Assembly (NCBI GenBank): GCA_043717855.1
Contig: JAYSWX010000118.1
Span: 605 to 64,604, forward strand
Origin: Phyllobacterium sp.
GTDB lineage: Bacteria; Pseudomonadota; Alphaproteobacteria; Rhizobiales; Rhizobiaceae
Length of the DNA stretch: 64,000 nt
Direction of reading: 5' to 3'
Shown here piece after piece: positions 31,289 through 40,793 of the stretch. Made by a program: the position numbers and the translations under genes. Each line of letters starts with the position of its first letter. Within the stretch, counting starts at the first letter, position 1. The notes under the pieces are model-generated. The model had not been told where the DNA came from. It saw only the letters and a program-made list of their open reading frames with translations, and searched no databases.

Positions 31289-31365
31289 CAAAGCCTCCAT
31301 TTAGGGCGACTTATAGACAAGTTTGTTTAATTTATTCTGAAACTGGTAGAGGATAGTGATGCCTC

Positions 31366-31470
31366 TAGAGCTAAATGAATTTTGATAGAATCAAAATTCA
31401 AGCTCTAAGTCTTTGTTTTCTGGCACTATCCTTAACCGCTTGATGTTCCATCAAGCTTGGAAGTGCTCTA
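31366..31470. repeat. Structured intergenic repeat, copy 2 (105 bp)
   Basis: Same family as 21487..21590. Its terminal CTA is the TAG stop of azlD. Confidence 0.85.
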
Positions 31471-31818
31471 ATGACCGAGCAACAAGCCGCTAATGAGCAC
31501 GGCCTCCCCCGTCAAAACACCGACGTAGGATTTTTTTGCCGAAAACCAATAGGCCGCAAATCCGGAAGTGGCGGCGGCAATGCGTAACCATTGCTGTGTA
31601 GAGGCCAGCGCTCCTTCCGGATACAGAACGAGCTTTGCAATAACTGCCGCCATAAGGCGGGTGGCTATTGCGCGGACAAAGACCAGCGATTCAGAGTTCT
31701 CATCAATGTCTCCCGCCAAATAGACGCCCAGATAGCGCCACATATTGGTGGGCAACCATCCGGCAAGGAGGATAAATAAATAGGGCCACCACCAATTATC
31801 ATATGAGGCGAAGGTCAT
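31468..31818 (-). CDS. azlD: Branched-chain amino acid transport protein AzlD
   Basis: Small 4-TM protein directly downstream of, and overlapping, azlC; AzlD-like N-terminus. Confidence 0.7.
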   Translation of the reverse strand: MTFASYDNWWWPYLFILLAGWLPTNMWRYLGVYLAGDIDENSESLVFVRAIATRLMAAVIAKLVLYPEGALASTQQWLRIAAATSGFAAYWFSAKKSYVGVLTGEAVLISGLLLGH

Positions 31819-32555
31819 ATCTTTGCTCTCGCTTTCCGGGATTTCGCGATCATATGTGCCAAGATCCCGCCCCCAATCCCTGCCACTAAAATATCGACTT
31901 GCAGCAGGTAGTGATGTGACAATGGGGTTAACGCCAACCCCGCTATTATTGCATAGTGAGATGATAAGTCACGCGCGGAGCCCCACAATGAAAACGTAAA
32001 ATACAGCGGGGTTATGAAAATCAGCGCTGCCGAGACTAGCGCCGGAAGCTTGTCGGACACTTCATAGACAATTACAGCCAGCAGCATATTGGACCCAAGA
32101 AGGGTGAGCACCAGTCCAGCAAAAAAACTGGTGCGATACTGACGCGGCACTTTCGGAAATTTTTCAAACGCCATAACCCAGCCGGTAACGGCAACAAAAT
32201 GTGAGAGCATATAAAGCGTGGACTTGCGAGTTTTGTCTGTTTTCATTTCCGGTACGATTGCGACCACCATGGGCAACAGCCGGAACGATGACAGGCAGAC
32301 GGCGATAAATGTTGCTACAAGTGAAGATTTCGCCAGTACCGCACCGACCAGTACGACCTTGGACGGCAGCGCCCAAATTGCGAAAACCATGAATTCCGTT
32401 TGCGCCAGCGTGAAACCGGCATCACGGGCCAACCCCGTAAATCCGATGAATGCCCCCATGAGAATGAGTGCCGGAATAGAAATGAGGCAGGAAAGCCCGC
32501 GACGGAACCAATGCCAATGCTGATTTAGGGGTGTTTTGTTGAGAGATTCTACCAT
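31815..32555 (-). CDS. azlC: AzlC family branched-chain amino acid permease
   Basis: AzlC-like polytopic protein (FRRGL....P.......FG..A...G). ATG at 32555 chosen; the ORF-track start at 32684 is probably over-extended. Confidence 0.7.
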   Translation of the reverse strand: MVESLNKTPLNQHWHWFRRGLSCLISIPALILMGAFIGFTGLARDAGFTLAQTEFMVFAIWALPSKVVLVGAVLAKSSLVATFIAVCLSSFRLLPMVVAIVPEMKTDKTRKSTLYMLSHFVAVTGWVMAFEKFPKVPRQYRTSFFAGLVLTLLGSNMLLAVIVYEVSDKLPALVSAALIFITPLYFTFSLWGSARDLSSHYAIIAGLALTPLSHHYLLQVDILVAGIGGGILAHMIAKSRKARAKI

Positions 32556-32671
32556 GACTAAAACTAGCCAGACGTGGACATGGCGGCAAGCGCCCCAATT
32601 CGCACATGACATGAATATTATTGATGGGTGTGAGAGCTGTAACGATATATGTGATGCCGGGGGAGCCTGAA

Positions 32672-35152
32672 ATGTCGACAACATCTATCGAGACACTTGT
32701 AGATGCGATGACCTTGGATGAACAGGTGCGCTTGTTGTCTGGTCAGGATTTCTGGTCAGTTGCGCCCAACGAGCGGCTTGGAATTGGCACGCTGCGGGTG
32801 ACAGATGGTCCCAATGGAGCGCGCGGCGGCGGGTCGCTGGTTGGCGGCGTTAAATCTGCTTGTTTTCCCTGTGGCATTGCGCTGGGGGCGACATGGAATG
32901 AGGCGCTGCTTTATAAAATTGGCGCGGCGCTGGCTGATGAAGTGAAGTCCAAGGGCGCGCATGTATCCCTGGCGCCGACGGTGAACATACATCGCTCGGT
33001 AACCAACGGGCGCAACTTTGAATGCTATTCTGAGGATGCGCTGCTGACAGGAACGCTGGCAATCAACTACATTGCGGGTCTGCAAGAGAATGGCATATCA
33101 GCCTCGATCAAGCATTTTGCGGGCAATGAAAGCGAAATTCAGCGCACGACTATGAGCTCACAAATTGACGAACGCTCGCTGCGCGAGATCTATCTTGTGC
33201 CGTTTGAAATGGCCGTGAAGCAAGGAAAGACATCTAGCCGAGTAAAGACATGGGGCATCATGTCATCTTACAACAAGCTGAACGGCACTTATACGGCGGA
33301 AAATCACTGGCTGCTTACTGAAGTGCTGCGCGGCGATTGGGGCTATGATGGCATTGTGATGTCCGACTGGTTCGGCTCGCGCTCTACCGCCCCGACTGTG
33401 AATGCGGGGCTGGACTTGGAAATGCCCGGCCCGACTCGGGATCGCGGTGATAAGCTGATTGCCGCCGTTGCGGCTGGCGACGTGGGTGCGGAAACTGTGC
33501 GGACGCGGGCGCTGAACATGCTGCGTTTGATGGAGCGGGTTGGCTCGATTTCGCACCATCGTGCGTACAAGGAAGAGGCCAATGACCGACCCGAACACCG
33601 CGCGCTGATACGACTTGCCGGTGCGGACGGCACTGTGCTGCTTACCAACTCTGGCATCTTGCCGCTGGCGAAAAACGCCGGGAAGACCATTGCGGTTATC
33701 GGGCCGAACGCCAAGGTGGCGCAGATTATGGGCGGCGGCTCGGCGCAGCTGAATGCGCATTATCGCGTGAGCCCGTGGGATGGCTTGGTGAATGCGCTGG
33801 GCGGGGACAGCCTGCTCACCTTTGCCAAGGGTGCGGATAATCATCGGTATGAACCGATGCTTAAAGGCGCATTTACAGCGGGCTATTTTAACTCGCTCGA
33901 TCTTTCCGGTCCGGTTGCGCACAGCGAAACCGTTACGGATATGACGGCGTTTCTGTTTGGTAGCATTGCGGATGGCAAGGTCAATAGTCAGGCGTTTTCA
34001 CTACGCGTTTCCGGCACGTTTACGGCAGAGGAAAGCGGAGTGCATCGAATTGGCTTCTTCGCCACGGGTCCATCGCGCATGAAAATTGATGGCAAGACTA
34101 TCGCGGATTGTTGGAACAGTTGGGCGGCTGGACAGACTTTTTTTGAAGAGGGCTGCAACGAAGTTATCGGCGAGATGGAATTGGTGGCGGGGCAAACCTA
34201 CGAGGTCGCGCTGGAGTATGCCTCTAAGCCTTCGGCAAATCTTGGCTTTGCAGCCTATCAGGCGGGCATTGGTAAGCCACTTGGTCTTAGTGATGTGAAG
34301 CTGGCAGCTGAGGTTGCGGCAAAGGCGGATATTGCAATTGTGTTCGCAGGCCGCACTGGCGAGTGGGATACAGAAGGCTGGGACTTGCCGAACATCCGCC
34401 TGCCCGGTCTGCAGGATGAATTGATTGCGGCCGTTGCGGCGGCAAATCCGAAGACGATTGTGGTGTTGCAAACGGGCGGGCCGATTGAAATGCCGTGGCT
34501 TTCTCATGTGTCGGCCGTCTTGCAAAGCTGGTATCCCGGCCAAGAGGCAGGCAACGCGATTGCCGATGTTTTGTTCGGCGATGCCGAGCCCGGCGGGCGC
34601 TTGCCGCAGACCTTCCCTGTGCGCTGGGCGGACAACCCTGTGCATAGCCAAGACCCGGAAGTCTATCCCGGCCTCAATGGCAAGGTGCGCTACGAGGAAG
34701 GTCTGTTCATCGGCCACAGGCATCACGACAAGACAGGCACAGTGCCGCTATTTCCGTTCGGCTTCGGGCTTTCCTACACACAGTTTGTATGGAACCAGAT
34801 GAGGATTAAGCAGCAAGGCGATGATTTCATTGTCACAGTAGAGGTCACTAATACGGGCGACCGCGCTGGTAGCGATGTGATGCAAGTCTATGTCGAGGAC
34901 AATGCGCCTCTGCTGCCACGACCAATTCGCGAGCTGAAAGGCTTTGCAAAGCTGCATCTTCAGGCGGGCGAAACTGGAGTTGCTATCGTGAAGTTAGAGC
35001 CTCGCGCGTTTGCGGTTTATGATGTGGATTATCGTGGCTGGGTGGCTCGTGCGGGTGATTTTACAGTGCTTGCCGGGAAGTCAGCGAGCGATTTTGTGCT
35101 GAATGCGCAGATCAAACGTGCCAGCGAATGGCGGGAAAAAGCCCGCGCTTGA
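32672..35152 (+). CDS. Glycoside hydrolase family 3 beta-glucosidase with an inserted PA14-like domain
   Basis: GH3 N-terminal motifs (TDGPNG.R, KHFAGNE, SDW) and a C-terminal domain plus fibronectin-like end. A ~150-aa insert (SGTFTAEESGVHRIGFFATGPSRMKIDG...) is typical of PA14. ATG at 32672 with a GGGGAG RBS. Confidence 0.85.
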   Translation: MSTTSIETLVDAMTLDEQVRLLSGQDFWSVAPNERLGIGTLRVTDGPNGARGGGSLVGGVKSACFPCGIALGATWNEALLYKIGAALADEVKSKGAHVSLAPTVNIHRSVTNGRNFECYSEDALLTGTLAINYIAGLQENGISASIKHFAGNESEIQRTTMSSQIDERSLREIYLVPFEMAVKQGKTSSRVKTWGIMSSYNKLNGTYTAENHWLLTEVLRGDWGYDGIVMSDWFGSRSTAPTVNAGLDLEMPGPTRDRGDKLIAAVAAGDVGAETVRTRALNMLRLMERVGSISHHRAYKEEANDRPEHRALIRLAGADGTVLLTNSGILPLAKNAGKTIAVIGPNAKVAQIMGGGSAQLNAHYRVSPWDGLVNALGGDSLLTFAKGADNHRYEPMLKGAFTAGYFNSLDLSGPVAHSETVTDMTAFLFGSIADGKVNSQAFSLRVSGTFTAEESGVHRIGFFATGPSRMKIDGKTIADCWNSWAAGQTFFEEGCNEVIGEMELVAGQTYEVALEYASKPSANLGFAAYQAGIGKPLGLSDVKLAAEVAAKADIAIVFAGRTGEWDTEGWDLPNIRLPGLQDELIAAVAAANPKTIVVLQTGGPIEMPWLSHVSAVLQSWYPGQEAGNAIADVLFGDAEPGGRLPQTFPVRWADNPVHSQDPEVYPGLNGKVRYEEGLFIGHRHHDKTGTVPLFPFGFGLSYTQFVWNQMRIKQQGDDFIVTVEVTNTGDRAGSDVMQVYVEDNAPLLPRPIRELKGFAKLHLQAGETGVAIVKLEPRAFAVYDVDYRGWVARAGDFTVLAGKSASDFVLNAQIKRASEWREKARA

Positions 35153-35161
35153 GGCGCGGGC
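35141..35161. terminator. Putative bidirectional terminator hairpin between the convergent GH3 gene and clpA
   Basis: GCCCGCGC - 5 nt - GCGCGGGC, flanked by AAAAA on one side and TGGTTTAGTTT on the other. It overlaps the GH3 stop codon. Confidence 0.55.
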
Positions 35162-35182
35162 TGGTTTAGTTTGATAAGTTTT

Positions 35183-37660
35183 CTACTTCTTCTTCGGCAA
35201 CACGGGCACGGATGCCTTGGGCTTGCTACCGGACTGAATGACTGGTTCCATTTCTGGCGGCGCTGTCTTTGGTGATGTTTTCTTGGCAGCTTTCGCGGTC
35301 ACTTTACGTGGCTTTTCGTCAGCCTCCGGCTCATCCTTTGGCACGAGCTTTGTCTCGCCTGCCTCTGAAATGAGCTTCAGCTTGGCAACGCCTGCCTCAT
35401 CCTTTTCGACAGACACATGGACCGTACCGCCATGCTTCAAGCGTCCGAATAGTAACTCGTCTGCCAACGGCTTCTTAATATATTCTTGGATAACACGGGA
35501 AAGTGGGCGCGCGCCCATGCGCTCGTCGTAGCCTTTATCTGCCAGCCAGGCGATAGCATCTTGAGACAACGCAAACGTTACGCCACGCTCGGAAAGCTGG
35601 GCTTCCAACTGCATGATGAACTTTTGCACCACTTGGTGGATGACCGGGACCGGCAGCGCGCCGAACGGAATGATCGCATCAAGACGATTGCGGAATTCCG
35701 GCGTGAAGATGCGGTTGATGGCTTCCATATCATCGCCTTCGCGCTTGGTGGACCCAAACCCGATGGCCGCACGCGCGGCATCTGATGCGCCCGCGTTAGT
35801 TGTCATAATCAAGATGACATTGCGGAAATCAATCGCCTTGCCGTTGTTATCTGTCAGCTTGCCGTGATCCATAACCTGCAACAGGATATTATAGAGGTCT
35901 GGATGCGCTTTCTCGATTTCGTCGAGCAGAAGCACGCAGTGCGGATGTTGATCCACACCGTCTGTCAGCAGGCCGCCTTGATCGAAGCCGACATAGCCGG
36001 GAGGTGCGCCGATCAACCGCGACACGGTGTGACGCTCCATATATTCGGACATATCAAAGCGCAGCAATTCCACGCCAAGCGACTTGGCGAGCTGCTTGGC
36101 AACCTCGGTTTTGCCGACGCCTGTGGGTCCGGAGAACAGGTAAGAGCCGATTGGCTTTTCCGGTTCACGAAGCCCAGCGCGCGCCAGTTTGATGGCAGAC
36201 GCCAGCGCTTCGATCGCCAAATCCTGACCATAAACCATGCGCTTCAATTCGGCCTCGAGATTGGCCAGAACCGTCTCATCATCCTTGGAAACTGATTTCG
36301 GCGGGATGCGGGCCATGGTGGCGATTGTGGCTTCAATCTCCGCAATGCCAATGCTTTTCTTGCGCTTATCAGCGGCAAGCAGCATTTGGCTGGCACCGGA
36401 TTCGTCGATTACGTCGATCGCTTTATCCGGCAATTTGCGGTCATTGATATAGCGTGCGGACAGCTCCACGGACGCTTTAATGGCCTCGTCGGTGTATGTC
36501 ACCTTGTGGAATTCCTCGAAGTACGGCTTGAGGCCTTTCATGATAAGTATTGCATCAGGAATGCTTGGTTCGATAACGTCAATCTTCTGGAAGCGGCGCA
36601 CGAGCGCGCGGTCCTTTTCGAAATATTGACGGTATTCTTTGTAAGTCGTCGAACCGATGACGCGGATGAGGCCGGATGAAAGCGCAGGCTTCAACAGGTT
36701 TGACGCATCCATTGCGCCGCCGGAAGTTGCCCCTGCGCCGATGACGGTGTGAATTTCGTCTATGAACAGTATGGCGCCCGGATAATCTTCCAGCTCTTTG
36801 ATAACCTGCTTCAAACGCTCTTCGAAATCACCGCGATAGCGTGTTCCCGCCAAAAGCGTACCCATATCGAGCGAGAATATCGTGGCATCGAGCAGCACTT
36901 CCGGCACATCGCCTTCGACGATGCGCTTGGCGAGGCCCTCCGCAATTGCGGTTTTGCCAACGCCCGGATCACCTACATAAAGCGGGTTATTCTTGGAACG
37001 ACGGCAGAGAATCTGGATCGTGCGGTCCACTTCCGAAGCCCGGCCAATGAGCGGATCAATGCGTCCGGACTTGGCTTTTTTATTCAAATCAACGCAATAG
37101 GCGGCAAGTGCGCTTTGGTCTTTTTTAGCATCGCCCGTATCTGAGCCCTGACCTTGGCCCATTTGTGGCTGTTCACTATCGTCATCGACGCCGCGCGGCG
37201 GGCGCGACTCTGATGCGCCGGGGCGCTTGGCTATGCCGTGGGAGATGAAATTGACGGCATCATAGCGCGTCATATTTTGCTCTTGCAGGAAATAAGCCGC
37301 GTGGCTCTCGCGCTCGGCAAAGATGGCAACGAGAACATTAGCGCCCGTAACTTCATCACGCCCAGAAGATTGCACGTGGATAACCGCGCGCTGAATGACA
37401 CGTTGGAAACCGGCAGTCGGCTTTGAATCCTCGTCATAACCGGTGATCAGGTTTTCAAGTTCCTTGTCCACATAATTTGTTAAGGTGGTGCGCAGCTCTG
37501 GAATTTTGACACTGCAAGCGTTCATTACAGCAGTGGCATCTGAATCATCCAGCAGCGCCAGCAGCAGATGCTCCAGCGTTGCATATTCATGGTGCCGTTC
37601 GTTGGCGACCAAAAGCGCTTGGTGCAGCGCTTTTTCGAGGCTCGTTGAAAATGATGGCAT
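35183..37660 (-). CDS. clpA: ATP-dependent Clp protease ATP-binding subunit ClpA
   Basis: Clp N-domain and two AAA+ modules ([16 protein letters not shown]). Adjacent clpS. Lys/Pro-rich C-terminal tail. Confidence 0.95.
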   Translation of the reverse strand: MPSFSTSLEKALHQALLVANERHHEYATLEHLLLALLDDSDATAVMNACSVKIPELRTTLTNYVDKELENLITGYDEDSKPTAGFQRVIQRAVIHVQSSGRDEVTGANVLVAIFAERESHAAYFLQEQNMTRYDAVNFISHGIAKRPGASESRPPRGVDDDSEQPQMGQGQGSDTGDAKKDQSALAAYCVDLNKKAKSGRIDPLIGRASEVDRTIQILCRRSKNNPLYVGDPGVGKTAIAEGLAKRIVEGDVPEVLLDATIFSLDMGTLLAGTRYRGDFEERLKQVIKELEDYPGAILFIDEIHTVIGAGATSGGAMDASNLLKPALSSGLIRVIGSTTYKEYRQYFEKDRALVRRFQKIDVIEPSIPDAILIMKGLKPYFEEFHKVTYTDEAIKASVELSARYINDRKLPDKAIDVIDESGASQMLLAADKRKKSIGIAEIEATIATMARIPPKSVSKDDETVLANLEAELKRMVYGQDLAIEALASAIKLARAGLREPEKPIGSYLFSGPTGVGKTEVAKQLAKSLGVELLRFDMSEYMERHTVSRLIGAPPGYVGFDQGGLLTDGVDQHPHCVLLLDEIEKAHPDLYNILLQVMDHGKLTDNNGKAIDFRNVILIMTTNAGASDAARAAIGFGSTKREGDDMEAINRIFTPEFRNRLDAIIPFGALPVPVIHQVVQKFIMQLEAQLSERGVTFALSQDAIAWLADKGYDERMGARPLSRVIQEYIKKPLADELLFGRLKHGGTVHVSVEKDEAGVAKLKLISEAGETKLVPKDEPEADEKPRKVTAKAAKKTSPKTAPPEMEPVIQSGSKPKASVPVLPKKK

Positions 37661-37667
37661 TAGAACC

Positions 37668-38012
37668 TCACTGTTTTTCCATCACGCACTGTAGCGGATG
37701 TTGATTTTTTAGGGCGAAATCCATGACTTGCGTCACCTTTGTTTCCGCCACTTCAAATGTATACGTGCCGCATTCGCCGACGCCGTTTTGATGAACGTGC
37801 AGCATTATTTGCGTCGCGGCCTCGCGATCCTTCTGGAAAAAACGCTCCAGAACATGGATGACGAATTCCATTGGCGTATAATCGTCGTTCAAGAGCAGAA
37901 CGCGGTAAAGGCTTGGTTTGACGACTTTGGGCTTGGTACGGGTAATCACACCAATACCTTGACCGGGGCCACGACCATCACGATCTTCATCTTGGCTGCG
38001 GGGAGACTTCAT
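37668..38012 (-). CDS. clpS: ATP-dependent Clp protease adaptor ClpS
   Basis: [16 protein letters not shown] motif. Confidence 0.95.
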   Translation of the reverse strand: MKSPRSQDEDRDGRGPGQGIGVITRTKPKVVKPSLYRVLLLNDDYTPMEFVIHVLERFFQKDREAATQIMLHVHQNGVGECGTYTFEVAETKVTQVMDFALKNQHPLQCVMEKQ

Positions 38013-38284
38013 AGATCAGTTCCTGAATTCGTGGCACAATATCCACTTATGTCATACCTAGTGACTCATGCCGCGATTTTAAGCCCCTTTGCGCAGGAAA
38101 CAAGTATTTCACGCAACATTGATTTTTATTGCGCAGGCTAAACCCACTTATTTTGTGCGATGTGCAAAAAGATTCAGAGTTTAGCGGTCATTATAACACT
38201 TTGGTAACGACGATTGCATAGAGTTTTATCCAAGCGCGCCGTTTGCCGCCCGTGTAAAGAATTGCTTAGTGTGAAAGAGTTCCA

Positions 38285-39643
38285 GTGCGTAACATTGTAA
38301 AAAGCGTTTCCGCGCTAGCCCGCGCCGTTTTCATGACATGTGCAGCCGTGAGCCTGGCTTGCAGTGCGGTTGATAGCGCTGAGGCAAAAGCATCAAATCC
38401 CAAATTTGCAGCTATTGTTATTGATGCCAACACTGGCAAGACGCTATTTTCGCAGGCCGGTGACGCACCGCGATATCCGGCTTCACTTACCAAGATGATG
38501 ACGCTCTATCTTGTGTTTGAGGCACTATCATCAGGTAAAATCGAAAAATCCACTCTCGTGCCAATTTCGAGGCGTGCAGCGTCTATGGCGCCAACTAAAC
38601 TTGGCGCACCAGCAGGCTCTTCAATCACCATTGAAACTGCGATACTTGGCCTTGTTACCAAATCGGCAAATGATGCTGCATGTGCTACTGGCGAATTGCT
38701 GGGCGGCTCAGAAGACCGCTTCGCGCAGATGATGACGGCTAAAGCGCGCCAGCTTGGTATGCGCAACACGATATTCCGTAATGCATCCGGTTTGCCAAAT
38801 CCGGGCCAAGTGACAACTGCGCATGATATGGCGATTTTGGGCATGGCGCTTCGCGAACATTTCCCGAAATATTACGGCTATTTCTCCACCCGCAGCTTTC
38901 AATATGGCCGCAGCCGCTTGCCAAACCACAACAAGCTGCTTGGGCGCGTAGCGGGTGTTGACGGAATCAAGACAGGGTACACGGCCAAGTCCGGTTATAA
39001 TCTCGTTTCATCCGTGTCGCTGGATGGCAAGAAGCTGATCACCGTAGTCATGGGTGGTACATCCGGCCGTAGCCGCGATGCGCAGGTTACGCAGCTTATC
39101 GGAAAGTTTTTACCACGTGCCTCCGGGCGCAGCGAAGGCCCGATGGTTGCGCTTGCAAAAATATTTAAGGGTAAAAAAACCTTTGAAGCTGAGGTTGTTG
39201 CGCAGACCGCCTATGCGGAGCCGGAAGCCGGGGCATCGGCTAGCGGGGTTGATCCGGTATTGGTTGCAGCTATTCCGGCAAAGAAGCCGCACCAAGTCGT
39301 GGTTCCTTTGAGCAACGATGAAGATGGCACTGCGCCTTCTGAAGTTGATCCAGCAATGAATGCTGCTGTTGCCGTTGAACCTGAGCCGACAGGCAATGGT
39401 GTATGGGTTATACAAATTGCTGCGGCTGATAGCGAGGCCGGGGCTTTGAAAATATTGGAAGGGGCCAAGGCAAAGGGTGGCAAAGCGCTGTCATATGCCA
39501 CACCATTTACGCAGGAAGTGCAAAAAGGGTCAGCAACGCTGTATCGAGCACGCTTTAAGGGCTTTGATACAAAAGTGGCCGCTTGGAACGCTTGTAAAGC
39601 TTTAAAGAAGAGCAACATCGGTTGCTATGCCGTGAATAATTAA
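38285..39643 (+). CDS. D-alanyl-D-alanine carboxypeptidase (S11, PBP5/6-like) fused to a C-terminal SPOR domain
   Basis: SLTKMMT (SxxK), SANDAA (SxN) and KTGYT (KTG). C-terminus VWVIQIAAADSEAGA...YRARFKGF...A..AC..LK is SPOR-like. GTG start followed by a signal peptide. Confidence 0.85.
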   Translation: MRNIVKSVSALARAVFMTCAAVSLACSAVDSAEAKASNPKFAAIVIDANTGKTLFSQAGDAPRYPASLTKMMTLYLVFEALSSGKIEKSTLVPISRRAASMAPTKLGAPAGSSITIETAILGLVTKSANDAACATGELLGGSEDRFAQMMTAKARQLGMRNTIFRNASGLPNPGQVTTAHDMAILGMALREHFPKYYGYFSTRSFQYGRSRLPNHNKLLGRVAGVDGIKTGYTAKSGYNLVSSVSLDGKKLITVVMGGTSGRSRDAQVTQLIGKFLPRASGRSEGPMVALAKIFKGKKTFEAEVVAQTAYAEPEAGASASGVDPVLVAAIPAKKPHQVVVPLSNDEDGTAPSEVDPAMNAAVAVEPEPTGNGVWVIQIAAADSEAGALKILEGAKAKGGKALSYATPFTQEVQKGSATLYRARFKGFDTKVAAWNACKALKKSNIGCYAVNN

Positions 39644-40029
39644 TTTCTAAAGCCAACCCAAGTGTAATGAGTATAGGGTTTATCGTCGTGCGTATCGAAC
39701 AGAATGACCAGATCTTTCTCACGCCAAGCACAAAAAGCGCGGCAGCTCCCTCCTCGCTATCCGTGTTGCGTAGCGCGGCGATGCGCCTTGCAGAAACACG
39801 CAAAAAGCCGCGCCTAAAAACACGCGATCTCGTGGGACTGTTGTTGAGTCATAGCGCACGGGCTTGGCGCAGCTCGCTGCCTCATGTTAGTGTCAAATTG
39901 GCGGTGTTATCACCTAGTGGCAAACCAGCGGTGCGCTACGGCTATCAGCGGCCCGTTAAACCAACACACTAATTTCTCGCATAACTACTAGCCGTAATGC
40001 TTTCCAAGTTACCACAATATGCTCGAACT

Positions 40030-40087
40030 AATTTATCCCATTATTTCAGCCGCCTGATGTTCGCTCAGGCTCGAAAACACCCTAAAC
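40030..40087. repeat. Half copy / diverged relative of the intergenic repeat
   Basis: TTATCCCATTATTTCAGCCGCCTGATGTTCGCTCAGGCTCGAAAACACCCTAA parallels the TATCCTTAACCGCTTGATGTTCCATCAAGCTTGGAAGTGCTCTAA half of copies 1/2, including the internal 7-bp palindrome. Confidence 0.55.
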
Positions 40088-40127
40088 AAAAATATCCGGC
40101 AGTTCAATTTTGCCAAAGGGTGTGCCG

Positions 40128-40231
40128 AGAGCACTTCCAAGCTTGATAGAACATCACGCGTTTTAGGAAAATGTGACAAAACAAGGACTTAGAGCAAAGG
40201 TTTTGATTCTATCACAACGCACTTTGCTCTA
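40128..40231. repeat. Structured intergenic repeat, copy 3 (inverted orientation)
   Basis: The reverse complement reads TAGAGCAAAGTGCGTTGTGATAGAATCAAAACCTTTGCTCTAAGTCCTTGTTTTGTCACATTTTCCTAAAACGCGTGATGTTCTATCAAGCTTGGAAGTGCTCT. Confidence 0.8.
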
Positions 40232-40292
40232 GGCCACCGCTCACGCCTTGCGGCGCGCACGGCGGGCATATGGTTACTTGGTTAACGATAAG

Positions 40293-40730
40293 CTAGAGAA
40301 GGCCCAAGCCGGCGAGCTCCTCGCGTAGTGCGCGGGGCATTTCTTCAACAGCGGCGCTGCCCGATTTCAAGTCAGCAGGTGCGTCCTCTAGCTTCAAATA
40401 GCGCCACCCCTGAAACGGGCGGCGCGGCTGCCAAGTGGTGAGCGTCACATCATAGTCCAGCACAATTTTGCATCGTGAAATGCCATCTTCGCCTCTTACA
40501 GGCCGCAAATCCACGATGCGCTGGCGGCACTGTACATTGCCCTTGATGACCCAATAGAGCGACCCGCCAACCAGTATCTCGTCCCGCGCTTTGGGGAACA
40601 TGCGGGTGGTGTGATAATGTTCGACTGGAAGGCCAAGCCGGCGTTTCAGCGCAGCGTCTCCCTCGCGCCAAGCGATGAGATCTTCAATGCTTTCGCAGCC
40701 AACGCATAGTTTGAGGAGGTTCAGTGCCAT
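40293..40730 (-). CDS. DUF1489 family protein
   Basis: LLKLCVGCESIEDL..W.........HTTRM.PKR..E...GGSLYWVIKG....RQ.I pattern recalled for DUF1489. Confidence 0.6.
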   Translation of the reverse strand: MALNLLKLCVGCESIEDLIAWREGDAALKRRLGLPVEHYHTTRMFPKARDEILVGGSLYWVIKGNVQCRQRIVDLRPVRGEDGISRCKIVLDYDVTLTTWQPRRPFQGWRYLKLEDAPADLKSGSAAVEEMPRALREELAGLGLL

Positions 40731-40793
40731 GGCGTTGACATAAGGCGACAGCGCCTTTGCGGCAAGTACAGCTTACCGCAATACATGCTTTTG

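Noticed and set aside
33263-34726. Two long minus-strand ORFs (219 and 241 aa) inside the GH3 gene
   Set aside because: They are antisense to a strongly supported GH3 CDS and have Arg-rich, low-complexity translations.
35183-35340. Lys/Pro-rich C-terminal tail of ClpA (and the Ala/Pro/Thr tail of MltG at 59079..59200)
   Set aside because: These are low-complexity tails that I believe are common in Rhizobiales orthologs. There is no repeat structure at the DNA level.
39667-39972. 101-aa plus-strand ORF in the long spacer after the DD-carboxypeptidase gene
   Set aside because: It is a basic, low-complexity translation with no RBS and no recognisable motif, so I treat it as non-coding.
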